IMG/VR virus record: IMGVR_UViG_3300037310_000321
Location: 1 to 28,022 of that record
From: a virus
Taxonomy: Duplodnaviria > Caudoviricetes
Direction: 5' to 3' (one strand)
Length of the DNA: 28,022 bases
The position numbers were made by a program, and so were the translations under genes. Shown in pieces: positions 1 through 8,444 of this stretch (positions are counted from its first letter, which is position 1; the number at the start of each line of letters is the position of its first letter). The notes under the pieces were generated by a model. It saw nothing but the letters and a program-made list of their open reading frames with translations, was not told the DNA's origin and ran no database searches.

Positions 1-65
1 AGCTACCGGGCCTGCCAATACTTTGACTATAGGCACAGTAACTAATGGAGGTGCTGCCGGCGCAT
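1..65. repeat. Terminal direct repeat (copy 1), identical to 27958..28022; probable circular assembly overlap
   Basis: agctaccgggcctgcc...gccggcgcat is identical at both ends; the same sequence also recurs at 163..227. Confidence 0.85.
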
Positions 66-289
66 CAATAACCGGATCTGCCCCTAATCAAACTTTAAAT
101 CTTACATTGCCACAAGGGCCGCAGGGAGCTACCGGGCCGCAGGGAGCTACCGGGCCGCAGGGAGCTACCGGGCCTGCCAATACTTTGACTATAGGCACAG
201 TAACTAATGGAGGTGCTGCCGGCGCATCAATAACCGGATCTGCCCCTAATCAAACTTTAAATCTTACATTGCCACAAGGGCCGCAGGGA
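1..289. repeat. 162-bp-period tandem repeat within the fibre gene (1..127 = 163..289), with nested 18-bp GPQGAT units
   Basis: Direct sequence identity; encodes the duplicated [36 protein letters not shown]. Confidence 0.95.
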
Positions 290-1627
290 CCACAAGGGCC
301 ACAAGGGCCGGCAGGCGGCATAACTACTTTAGGTACAATAAATCCTTTAGGATCTTCTTCTGTAGTTTCAAATTCAGCAACACAGCATTTTTCTTACGGT
401 CTATCTGGAGTATCATATACATCACCCAACGGTTTAGTAGCAAATATTCCATCATCGTCTATCCCAAAATGGACGACGATAGCACCATATCCTGTTAATG
501 GCCAGACAACTCATTTTTTCGCCTTGCCAACAGGAACGATTGGTCAGGTTTTAAAACATGACGGTGTTGATTGGAAAGCAGGCAATAGTTCGGGCATTAC
601 ATCTATCAATGGGCAAACTGGCAGTGATCAGACTATCGGTTACACAATATCAGGATCAACTGTAGGATTGGACGTAGGCTTTAATTCGCATTCATTCAGA
701 ATGCCTACTGCATCAAATGGACAGGTTTTAAAATTTAATGGTACAAATTGGTCGCCAAGTAGTGATTTGGTGGGGGGTAGCGTTACATCAATATCAACCA
801 ATAATGGGTTGACAGGCGGTACAATTACCAATTCGGGAACAATAGGTTTAACTGGACAGGCCTTAGCGTTGCACCAATTTTCCGGTAATGGATTACTAAC
901 ACAAATCGGCACAGCATCTTTTGCTGGAAGATCGATAAGTGTATCAAACGGAAACAATGGTGGTTTAGTTATTACAAATGGTAACGGAGTAGGTGGAAAC
1001 CCTACGATAGGATTAATTTCAGGGACAACAACAGGTCAAGTGTTAAAATGGACAAGCGGCAGCGGTTGGGCTGCCGGAGATGTTTCGACATCAGGGATAA
1101 ATACCTTAAATGGTCTTACTGCAACAAGTCAAAATTTCGGGCAACCTACAAGTACAGGCAATTCTCCCCCATCGTGGTCTAGTTCATCTCAAACCCATAC
1201 GTTAAATATTCCATATGGTATTGGACAGATTTCTGGGGCTGGATTCAATATGAATTTGACCGCTAACACATATACAACTGTCCCAATGACACTACAATTA
1301 TCAAAAGGTAGTGGAGTTACAGCATCGACATCAAATTCTTCTATAACTTTAACTGATGCGGGACATTATAGAATAGATTATCGTTTGGCGATAACTCCGA
1401 GTGCTAACGCTTCTAATTTTGCCGTAGCTCTTGTGTCATCTTTAGGCGCAGTTTTTACAGAGACTATTGTTACTGAACAGCTTACAAGTGGCGTTAAAAA
1501 GAATTTTTCTTGTTCGTTTATTAGATCCTTTGGGGCTGGTGAACAAATTAATCTTAAAGTTTACAGTAATGTCGCCATGAATATAGATGTAAATAATTCG
1601 TGTTTAATTATAACAAAACTTTATTAA
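2..1627 (+). CDS. 3' part of a collagen-like fibre protein with a C1q/BclA-like C-terminal domain; continues from 27728 across the join (~618 aa)
   Basis: GPQ/GAT triplets, three GQVLK-x-G-xx-W shaft repeats, C-terminal beta-sandwich pattern (ITLTDAGHYRIDY...GEQINLKV); frame is continuous with the ORF starting at 27728. Confidence 0.8.
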   Translation, partial: ATGPANTLTIGTVTNGGAAGASITGSAPNQTLNLTLPQGPQGATGPQGATGPQGATGPANTLTIGTVTNGGAAGASITGSAPNQTLNLTLPQGPQGPQGPQGPAGGITTLGTINPLGSSSVVSNSATQHFSYGLSGVSYTSPNGLVANIPSSSIPKWTTIAPYPVNGQTTHFFALPTGTIGQVLKHDGVDWKAGNSSGITSINGQTGSDQTIGYTISGSTVGLDVGFNSHSFRMPTASNGQVLKFNGTNWSPSSDLVGGSVTSISTNNGLTGGTITNSGTIGLTGQALALHQFSGNGLLTQIGTASFAGRSISVSNGNNGGLVITNGNGVGGNPTIGLISGTTTGQVLKWTSGSGWAAGDVSTSGINTLNGLTATSQNFGQPTSTGNSPPSWSSSSQTHTLNIPYGIGQISGAGFNMNLTANTYTTVPMTLQLSKGSGVTASTSNSSITLTDAGHYRIDYRLAITPSANASNFAVALVSSLGAVFTETIVTEQLTSGVKKNFSCSFIRSFGAGEQINLKVYSNVAMNIDVNNSCLIITKLY

Positions 1628-1629
1628 AA

Positions 1630-1950
1630 ATGTGCAACATAATTAGACTTATAGCCGGAGATGACAACGAAATAGATTTTGTTTATAAAGATAGCGATGG
1701 TAACTTTATAGATTTATCTCAATATAATGAGATAAAAATGCAATTGAGATCAGATCCAGGCGAGCCAGTTTTAACTGAAATCTCTCTAACAAATGGCACC
1801 ATTATTAGAAATCAAAATGTGTTGAAGTGTTTTATTAAGGTTCCGCAAAATGCTAGCGGCATTTATTTTGGAGATATGCAATTTGAAAATCAGAAGATTA
1901 AGACAATGGGCATGTGGAGCTTTGAAATTATTGAAGATATAACAAGGTAA
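1630..1950 (+). CDS. Small Ig-like/BppU N-terminal-like tail or baseplate accessory protein
   Basis: Pattern IAGDD.EIDF.YKDSDGN.IDLS...KMQLR...G.YFGD typical of BppU-like domains; ATG at 1630 lies just after the upstream stop. Confidence 0.55.
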   Translation: MCNIIRLIAGDDNEIDFVYKDSDGNFIDLSQYNEIKMQLRSDPGEPVLTEISLTNGTIIRNQNVLKCFIKVPQNASGIYFGDMQFENQKIKTMGMWSFEIIEDITR

Positions 1951-1951
1951 A

Positions 1952-2287
1952 ATGGAAATAGTAACAGTTATTGAGCAAAAAGTCATTGAAGTATCTGCGG
2001 AGACCAATGGATCCATAAGGATAGAAAAATTGCCAATAGTTACAGTAAATGTTCCTGAGATAGAATTTGGATCAGACCATATTATTAATATATTATATCA
2101 AGATGTAGATCCACTCAGGCAACATGTAGTAACTTTTGGCGACACACAAAATTTACCAGAAGGTATATATATAAAAAAAGCGACAATCACGTCAAATGAT
2201 AACCTACTTTTGCAAGTAGCTAATGATGGTTCAGGAAATGAAACATCTCCATCTTTTAATTTAAAATTACAAGTAATCAATTTTTAA
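1952..2287 (+). CDS. Hypothetical beta-rich protein in the fibre module
   Basis: 111-aa ORF tightly packed in the operon. Confidence 0.6.
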   Translation: MEIVTVIEQKVIEVSAETNGSIRIEKLPIVTVNVPEIEFGSDHIINILYQDVDPLRQHVVTFGDTQNLPEGIYIKKATITSNDNLLLQVANDGSGNETSPSFNLKLQVINF

Positions 2288-2295
2288 GCAAACAT

Positions 2296-3768
2296 ATGAG
2301 GATTTATTTATTATTATTTATTATTCTAAACTATTCAATTTGCACACTTGGGCAAACAGTAACAAGGGATTTTACTACTGTTGACCAATTGAGAAATAGC
2401 ACAAAGCCCCCAAAAAAAGGGGAGAAAGTTTATGTAATACAAAATCAAAACATCTATGCGTCGGATTTCTCTGATAACAATAGTATGGATGATGGCTATA
2501 ATGTGATCATACAAGGCAACACACGATGGAAATGTGTATCTTGCAAAATTCCATCAAAATGTATATCGCAAAAGGATGTTATGCCATTAAATGTAGAAGA
2601 ACCAACAAAGGATGAAATTTCAAATTTTATTAATTCGAATAAAATACCTATGAAAAATGGTGTATTACTCAATTATCATATTAAATCGGACACCTTAATA
2701 AATCCTATGCAAGTTTATTTAAATGTTGCCAGTGATAGTTCTAAAATAACTTCAATAAAAATTGATGGAATTGAAAAAATAACTGCACCTATTTGGATTT
2801 ATCAAGGTGATTATGTTTATGTAGATAATACCCTAGTGAATATCTTAGAAGCTAACAAACCAGATAATGTGAACTATTCGGTTGACGATGATCTTATAAA
2901 TAGTGAAAGCCTATTTGTGATAGACAACATAGATGGGTTTTTTAATTTAGCAATAACCTACGATGTATATGATGGAACTGAATGGGGCACATATATCGAA
3001 AACCCCGCCATCAGTTACACATATGTTCAAGAAAAAGGAAGCTGTTTTAATCCCCTTTTAATATATGCTTTAACCGATTCTATTGTGCAAATAAAAGGCT
3101 TTGAATTAGACCTTGAACTAGGAAGAACTTATATTCCGGGGCCAAGAACATTGTCGTTTAGCTCTAATAGCGGCAAATCCACCGTTATTCAAAATGCAAA
3201 TAACGATATTGTAATTAAAGATAAATATTTTTTTAAAAACAACAGTTTAGCTCTTGGTGAATATAACTCAGCCTATGGATTTTACTTAAGCAATAAAAAT
3301 TTGCTATCTAGCTCTGCCGGTATAGAGCATGCGGGCAACGCTAGACCTATTTTCAATCTTTTACGTGCAAGAGGAACCAGTAATTCTAAACAAGCATTAC
3401 AACTGAATGATAAATTAGGAACATTTGGTTTTTCAGGTTATGATGGACAGTTTTATCAGAGTGCTTCACTTATAGAGGCGTATGTTGATGGTCCTATTAT
3501 TGCCGGGCCTGAAGGAGTTGGACAAGTTCCACAACGGATATCAATCGTCACCGGATATAATTTTAACAATCGTGCGGAAAGGCTAGTAATTAAAGGAGAT
3601 GGAAAAATTGGTGTAGGTACCAACATCCCAAGTCAATTATTTTCAGTAAATGGAAAAATAAATGTGGCAGATGACCTAATAAATCCTACTAATGGGTCAA
3701 TAAGGTATAATGCATCAATTAATAAATTCCAAGGGTATGCTAACGGAATTTGGGTAGATTTTCATTAG
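2296..3768 (+). CDS. Signal-peptide-bearing tailspike/fibre-like protein
   Basis: MRIYLLLFIILNYSICTLG|Q signal; tailspike-like N-domain (TVDQLR...DDGYNVI...RWK); C-terminal GKIGVGTN.P and GSIRYN...FQGY...W fibre motifs. Confidence 0.65.
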   Translation: MRIYLLLFIILNYSICTLGQTVTRDFTTVDQLRNSTKPPKKGEKVYVIQNQNIYASDFSDNNSMDDGYNVIIQGNTRWKCVSCKIPSKCISQKDVMPLNVEEPTKDEISNFINSNKIPMKNGVLLNYHIKSDTLINPMQVYLNVASDSSKITSIKIDGIEKITAPIWIYQGDYVYVDNTLVNILEANKPDNVNYSVDDDLINSESLFVIDNIDGFFNLAITYDVYDGTEWGTYIENPAISYTYVQEKGSCFNPLLIYALTDSIVQIKGFELDLELGRTYIPGPRTLSFSSNSGKSTVIQNANNDIVIKDKYFFKNNSLALGEYNSAYGFYLSNKNLLSSSAGIEHAGNARPIFNLLRARGTSNSKQALQLNDKLGTFGFSGYDGQFYQSASLIEAYVDGPIIAGPEGVGQVPQRISIVTGYNFNNRAERLVIKGDGKIGVGTNIPSQLFSVNGKINVADDLINPTNGSIRYNASINKFQGYANGIWVDFH

Positions 3769-3790
3769 AGTTAATAAGTTTTGGTTTATT

Positions 3791-3835
3791 AATAAAAGCC
3801 TGATATTACTATAAAAGTAATATCAGGCTTTTATT
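3791..3835. terminator. Bidirectional intrinsic terminator between the convergent fibre operon and integrase
   Basis: Perfect 20-bp stem aataaaagcctgatattact / agtaatatcaggcttttatt with a 5-nt loop and A/T tails. Confidence 0.9.
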
Positions 3836-3842
3836 TTTACCA

Positions 3843-4982
3843 TCACTTAGACGCATTTGTGCCATCTTGAAACTCCTTAATTGATGCGGCAGATTTCATT
3901 GCTGCTGTTAAATCATCCATTTTAACATAAAGTCTAAAAGTTTTTTCTGATTTATGTCCAGTTATTTTCATAATTAAATAGGTTTCAACTCCCGCCAAAA
4001 CGGCCAAGGTGGCAAAAGTACGCCTTGCTGTATGACTAGCTATTTTATTATATTCCAAATAACCAATAGACCTAAATGCTTCCTTTATATATTGATTAAA
4101 CTTTTGTTGTGAGACTTTGTGGGTATTCATTTCAAGCAAATTAATTAACTTGTTAGATACTGGAATGGTTACTCTTGTCAAAGTCTTTGGCTGTGTAATA
4201 GAAATAAAGGCGTTCTCCCCTTTTAAAAATATCATTCCTTTATTAATTAAGGAGTAGTCCTGCCATCTTTGGCCGGTCATACATCCGATTAAAAAAATGA
4301 TTGATGCATTACTGTGTCTATTCTCCATTTGCCCTAAATTATCGTAAAGGCAATCAAGCCAATGTTGTGTTAAAGCTATTTTATCTGTTTCCACTGTCTT
4401 TATAAGAAATTTTGAGTTAGCATATACTTTATTGGTATGATGTCCATCTATATACGCAGCATCCATTAATTCCCTCAATTTTTTTATAATATTTGATTTG
4501 TAGTTTTGTGACAGATCAATCGTTTTTTTATCAAAATCTTTGAGCCAACTAAGACTTATATCATCCCAGGTTAAATCAGGGTATATTTTGTTGATTACAT
4601 TTAATAAATTGCTTAAAGTCTTTCGATAACCTGATGAAATTAACTTTTCTTTTAACCAAATTTTTGAATAGTCATATATCTGGAGCTTGCTACTATCTCC
4701 AAATATCCTTGTATAGACAGCATATTTAATTGTCTTAGCTGTTAGGAGCTTCCCATCAATTTTATTTTGAAGCCTGATTGCGTCAATATATTCTACTATC
4801 TTACTTAATAGACTATTGACATAATTGGAATTTCCCCGGCCATCTTTCATCCTATTTCTTTTTACATCCCAATCTTTAGGGTCGCACTTTTCTTTTAAAT
4901 ATAGTTTTACTTTATCATTTGGGCCATAATGATATATTAAAAATATGCGGCCTTTGTCCAAATTAAATCTTACTGAACTCAT
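3843..4982 (-). CDS. int: Tyrosine integrase (Bacteroidota type: arm-binding, SAM-like and catalytic domains); likely start MSSVRFNLDK at 4982
   Basis: Catalytic R (GQRWQD), K (QPKT), HxxR (SHTARRT), H (TGHKS), Y (RLYVK); N-terminal P..WD...R arm-binding motif. Confidence 0.95.
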   Translation of the reverse strand: MSSVRFNLDKGRIFLIYHYGPNDKVKLYLKEKCDPKDWDVKRNRMKDGRGNSNYVNSLLSKIVEYIDAIRLQNKIDGKLLTAKTIKYAVYTRIFGDSSKLQIYDYSKIWLKEKLISSGYRKTLSNLLNVINKIYPDLTWDDISLSWLKDFDKKTIDLSQNYKSNIIKKLRELMDAAYIDGHHTNKVYANSKFLIKTVETDKIALTQHWLDCLYDNLGQMENRHSNASIIFLIGCMTGQRWQDYSLINKGMIFLKGENAFISITQPKTLTRVTIPVSNKLINLLEMNTHKVSQQKFNQYIKEAFRSIGYLEYNKIASHTARRTFATLAVLAGVETYLIMKITGHKSEKTFRLYVKMDDLTAAMKSAASIKEFQDGTNASK

Positions 4983-5006
4983 CTTAGCGGTCAAAATAGC
5001 GGTCAA
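4981..5006. repeat. Arm-type att repeat, left (atcttagcggtcaaaatagcggtcaa; tandem TAGCGGTCAA units)
   Basis: 26-bp exact direct repeat of 5198..5223 flanking the att core. Confidence 0.8.
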
Positions 5007-5095
5007 AATATCTGTAAATATAATTAAAAATATTGTAATTCTATTCAAAATTTATAATTATACTTACAAATTTTATATACTGTTATAAATTATTT

Positions 5096-5114
5096 AATCC
5101 TGTCGGGATCACCA
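5096..5114 (+). other. attP core: 3' end of a tRNA gene (AATCCTGTCGGGATCACCA)
   Basis: T-loop remnant AAT, T-stem 3' strand CCTGT, acceptor 3' strand CGGGATC, discriminator A and CCA; adjacent to integrase and between the arm repeats. Confidence 0.85.
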
Positions 5115-5116
5115 TT

Positions 5117-5141
5117 AAAGCCGATATCATCGGCTTTTTTT
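5117..5141 (+). terminator. Intrinsic terminator following the tRNA fragment
   Basis: aaagccgat-atc-atcggcttt stem followed by a T run. Confidence 0.85.
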
Positions 5142-5197
5142 ATTTTTATTTGACACATTTCCAGCATTTTTTATATAATAATTAAATATTATACCTT

Positions 5198-5223
5198 ATC
5201 TTAGCGGTCAAAATAGCGGTCAA
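5198..5223. repeat. Arm-type att repeat, right; ends 2 bp before the HNH start codon
   Basis: Exact copy of 4981..5006. Confidence 0.8.
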
Positions 5224-5225
5224 TT

Positions 5226-5558
5226 ATGCCACGTGTCAAAGCTGTATGGGCTGAAAAGCCTAAATATAAATCAATAAACGATAATTTGTACAATTCGGCC
5301 AAATGGCGTAGATTCTCTCTTAAGTTTAGAAGGGAAAATCCATTGTGTGCAGAATGCCTAAAAAGAAACAAATTTATTTCTGGCAATGTCACTGATCATA
5401 TAATTGCCATATCGATGGGAGGCGCGGTATGGGATATGCGCAATCTACAAACTCTATGTAGAGTTTGTGATCAAAAAAAACGATCAGCTGAATCCAGAGG
5501 CGTTATATTTCCTCATGAAGGAATTTTTGGCAATTATATACCTAGGGGGGGGGTGTAA
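5226..5558 (+). CDS. Terminase-associated HNH endonuclease (HK97 gp74-like)
   Basis: Y.S.KW...PLCAEC...DHII...GG...NLQTLC..C; directly upstream of terS. Confidence 0.9.
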   Translation: MPRVKAVWAEKPKYKSINDNLYNSAKWRRFSLKFRRENPLCAECLKRNKFISGNVTDHIIAISMGGAVWDMRNLQTLCRVCDQKKRSAESRGVIFPHEGIFGNYIPRGGV

Positions 5559-5636
5559 AAGACTCTATTTACTACATAGGTAACAGCGCAGACCGTGGAA
5601 TTTTTTTGTGTGCCAAAATTTTAAAAAATGTAAAAA
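5545..5636. other. Putative cos/packaging initiation region
   Basis: G9 run, AAAA, GACCG and T-run between HNH and terS, the usual cos location in HNH-terS-terL phages; cut site not identified. Confidence 0.45.
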
Positions 5637-6101
5637 ATGGGAAGACATCCAATTCCGACTGTAATTAAGGAAGCATCTGGAACCCTTCGGAAAAGCAGAG
5701 AACTTCAAAAGTATAATTTAAAAGGCTCTTTGACTGAGGCGCCTTTCCCACCCTCGGGTTTGACTAAAGCAGAAAAAAGTCGATGGAAGGATATTTGTTT
5801 AGAATTGGTGAGATTGAAAGTTTTTGAGAACACGGATGTTGATCTAATTTTATTATTGATTATGGAGGAAAGTCGTTACTATTCCTGTATGAAAGAAATG
5901 AGAAAAAAGAAATCATATTTGGCAGTAACTAAAAAAGGTGTAATGAGCAACCCTCTAAATACGGTTGCAGGGCAAGCCTTTAAAGCTATAACAACATTAA
6001 GAGCAATTTTGGGTTTGTCACCGGCAGCGCGAGCTTCTTTAAAGCTAAACGTAGAAGCTAAAAACGATGACGAAGATCATTTGTCTGACTTTGGGCTATG
6101 A
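5637..6101 (+). CDS. terS: Terminase small subunit (P27 family)
   Basis: MGRHPIPTVIKEASGT N-terminus, PP..L...K..W, NP, LGLSPAARASL. Confidence 0.92.
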   Translation: MGRHPIPTVIKEASGTLRKSRELQKYNLKGSLTEAPFPPSGLTKAEKSRWKDICLELVRLKVFENTDVDLILLLIMEESRYYSCMKEMRKKKSYLAVTKKGVMSNPLNTVAGQAFKAITTLRAILGLSPAARASLKLNVEAKNDDEDHLSDFGL

Positions 6102-7777
6102 CAGTAGATAGTTACATAGAATCATGCCTCAACGGCTCTATCATAGTTAATGAAGCAATAAAGCAAGCAATTTATAGGCATATTAATGATAGAAATGATC
6201 CAACATCGGATTATGAATTTGTCCCACATCTAGCCGAAAAGTATATAAAATTTATAGAATTATTCAGACTTTCAGATCAAGACTACAACAACGACGGAAA
6301 GCCCCCAAAATTTATTTTACTTCCATACCATAAGTTTATGGTAGCTATGGTGCATGGGTGGAGACTTAAATCCGATCACTCGGTAAGGCGATTTAATGAT
6401 ATTTACTTCCAAGTGGCGAGAAAAAATGCAAAATCTACCATTGTGGCTGCGCTTATCGTCGCATCTTTTTATCTTGACAAAAAACAAAGGGCCCAATTTT
6501 GGACGGCTGCGATGTCGCGTGAGCAAGCTGGGGAAGTGTTTGAAATGTGTAAGGCGATAATTGAATGGCTATGTAAGGATTTTAAGGTAATAAAAGATCG
6601 TACACACATTACCGATCATAGGATCGTAGATATTACTACTAAGTCATTTATTGGAAAACTTTCGAAACAAGCGAACACAATAGAAGGAAAGGGGATGTAT
6701 GTCGGATCCTTGGATGAATATCATGTCCATCCAAATAATTCTATTGTCAGTTCAATGAAAAAGGGATCAATTAAGCATTTGTCCGCAATTATATATAGGT
6801 TGACAACTCCTGGCGACGACATGGGAAAACCATGCTATGACCATTATTTATATTGTAAAAAAATCCTTTCTGGAGCCATCAAAAATGATCGGGTATATGT
6901 ACAGATTCACGAGCTTGACAGTGAAGATGAAGTCCACAACATGAGTATGTGGGTGAAACCAAATCCCGGCTTAGGGCACACTTGTCATTTTTCAGCTATT
7001 GAAGCAGAATATCAAGAAGCAATAAGTAAAGGGGGTGCCGCAATGTCAGATTTTAAAACAAAACACTTAGGTATGTGGGTGGGATCTGCAACAGAATGGA
7101 TAAAAAATGATAAGATTTCTGCATGCATGCAAGAATTTGACTATAAAGAATGGATAAAAGGAAGAGAAATATATGGTGGTGTTGATATTGCCTACTCAGA
7201 CGTAGGGGATATTTGTGCAGCATCTTTTTATTCCCCTATTGATGATAAATCAGGGCAATCTTTTAATCTTTATTGGATTCCAAGCTCTAAATTAAAATCA
7301 TCAAATGAAATAGATTATTTTCGTGCAAGTGAAAATAATTTTATAATTGTAACCAACGGCGAAATGACAGATTATGACAGAATCTTGTCTGATCTTGTAG
7401 AAATAAATAATATACAGAAAATAAAGTGTATATATTTTGACCCATGGAACATAAGTTATTTTTATGGAAAGATGATTGATGCGGGTCTTGCCGTGGAAAA
7501 ATATTCTCAATCAATAGGCAATATGTCCCCACCCGCCAAAAGAATAGCGGAAATGATAAATGCTAATGAAATTATTTTACAAGACAATCCAGTCACACGG
7601 TGGATGTTTTCAAATGTTTTGATAAAAGATGTAGGCTCAGGAATGATAAAACTTATGCGCGTAGATCGAAAGCGTAAAATTGATGGTGTAATTGCATTAA
7701 TTATAGCTTATTCATGCTATATGAATATCAAACTTACCCAAAAAAAATACAGCCCTACAATTATATCAATAAATTAA
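6098..7777 (+). CDS. terL: Terminase large subunit
   Basis: Walker A VARKNAKST, Walker B SLDEYH, W.KPNPGLG, nuclease GGVDIA, FDPWN and KIDGVIA. Confidence 0.97.
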   Translation: MTVDSYIESCLNGSIIVNEAIKQAIYRHINDRNDPTSDYEFVPHLAEKYIKFIELFRLSDQDYNNDGKPPKFILLPYHKFMVAMVHGWRLKSDHSVRRFNDIYFQVARKNAKSTIVAALIVASFYLDKKQRAQFWTAAMSREQAGEVFEMCKAIIEWLCKDFKVIKDRTHITDHRIVDITTKSFIGKLSKQANTIEGKGMYVGSLDEYHVHPNNSIVSSMKKGSIKHLSAIIYRLTTPGDDMGKPCYDHYLYCKKILSGAIKNDRVYVQIHELDSEDEVHNMSMWVKPNPGLGHTCHFSAIEAEYQEAISKGGAAMSDFKTKHLGMWVGSATEWIKNDKISACMQEFDYKEWIKGREIYGGVDIAYSDVGDICAASFYSPIDDKSGQSFNLYWIPSSKLKSSNEIDYFRASENNFIIVTNGEMTDYDRILSDLVEINNIQKIKCIYFDPWNISYFYGKMIDAGLAVEKYSQSIGNMSPPAKRIAEMINANEIILQDNPVTRWMFSNVLIKDVGSGMIKLMRVDRKRKIDGVIALIIAYSCYMNIKLTQKKYSPTIISIN

Positions 7778-7785
7778 TAAATCAT

Positions 7786-8292
7786 ATGGTAAAGTATATT
7801 TTAGACAAAAAAACACCCCAAAAAGGGTTAATTTTATTAGCTATAAAAAGAACAGATGGAAAATATGTTAAAGTCTCAATGAAAATTTTTATAAACCCTG
7901 ACGAATGGGATATAAAAAATCAAAGAACATATAGAGATATTGAGCTTAATGTTTATCTCGATACAGTATATACAATGGTTAGAGAATATTTATTGAAGTG
8001 CCGATCACGTTTTTGCGTGATTGATGAAAAATTAAAAGCTGAAATCATAAAGATAATAACACCCAATAAGGATGGTATGCCTCCTAGGAAGTATGACAAA
8101 GGATCCTACTTCCAAAGGTTCTATGAAATATTGCCCGAATATAACAATATGAAAGAAGCATATGAGCAAGTGGAAAGCGAATGGAATGAGGCTGGGGTGT
8201 CATTCTGTGGTTCATTTGAGAGCTTTAAGGTCAACAAGTTTAGGTTTTTGCGCGGACAGCGTAAGCATAGAATATTTTTACACGATAGATGA
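7786..8292 (+). CDS. Integrase-like arm DNA-binding domain fused to a small helical putative regulator domain; no catalytic domain
   Basis: N-half aligns by eye with the N-terminus of this phage's integrase (LDK..G.I.L..VK...P.EWD.K..R...LN..L); ATG at 7786 follows the terL stop. Confidence 0.65.
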   Translation: MVKYILDKKTPQKGLILLAIKRTDGKYVKVSMKIFINPDEWDIKNQRTYRDIELNVYLDTVYTMVREYLLKCRSRFCVIDEKLKAEIIKIITPNKDGMPPRKYDKGSYFQRFYEILPEYNNMKEAYEQVESEWNEAGVSFCGSFESFKVNKFRFLRGQRKHRIFLHDR

Positions 8293-8334
8293 GTATCTAA
8301 GTGTTAATATTATGTTAATTTTTTATTAGAACGC

Positions 8335-8370
8335 TTTCGTTTACGAAATATATATATATATATGTGTATA
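8335..8370 (+). promoter_or_regulatory. Palindromic operator candidate TTTCGT-TT-ACGAAA followed by an (AT)n tract and a -7-like TATATGTG
   Basis: Inverted repeat upstream of the 8445-9104 two-gene unit. Confidence 0.4.
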
Positions 8371-8444
8371 ATTATTGAAAGTAAGGACAAAAAGCATGCG
8401 AAGAAACACTTCAATAAAAAAATAAAATACCAAAAAATAAAATT

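Noticed and set aside
109-170. Short tandem repeats (gggccgcagggagctacc) as a CRISPR array
   Set aside because: No unique spacers; in-frame collagen GPQGAT coding repeats; no cas genes
640-957. Antisense and alternative-frame ORFs (e.g. 640..957, 16906..17247, 17433..17771, 22241..22552, 27455..27703)
   Set aside because: Shadow ORFs over well-supported genes, with no recognisable motifs
1-3768. Diversity-generating retroelement or invertible fibre shufflon
   Set aside because: No reverse transcriptase, no TR/VR pair differing at adenines, no second recombinase or inverted fibre cassettes seen
4983-5048. N-terminal extension of the integrase in the ORF track
   Set aside because: TTG start; translates the arm repeats (ILTAILTAK); domain similarity begins at Met 4982
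5096-5114. Complete tRNA gene
   Set aside because: Only the 3' 19 nt are present; upstream sequence cannot form D or anticodon arms
7714-7785. Longer start for the arm-domain gene
   Set aside because: Overlaps the terL 3' end; ATG 7786 has better context and matches the domain start
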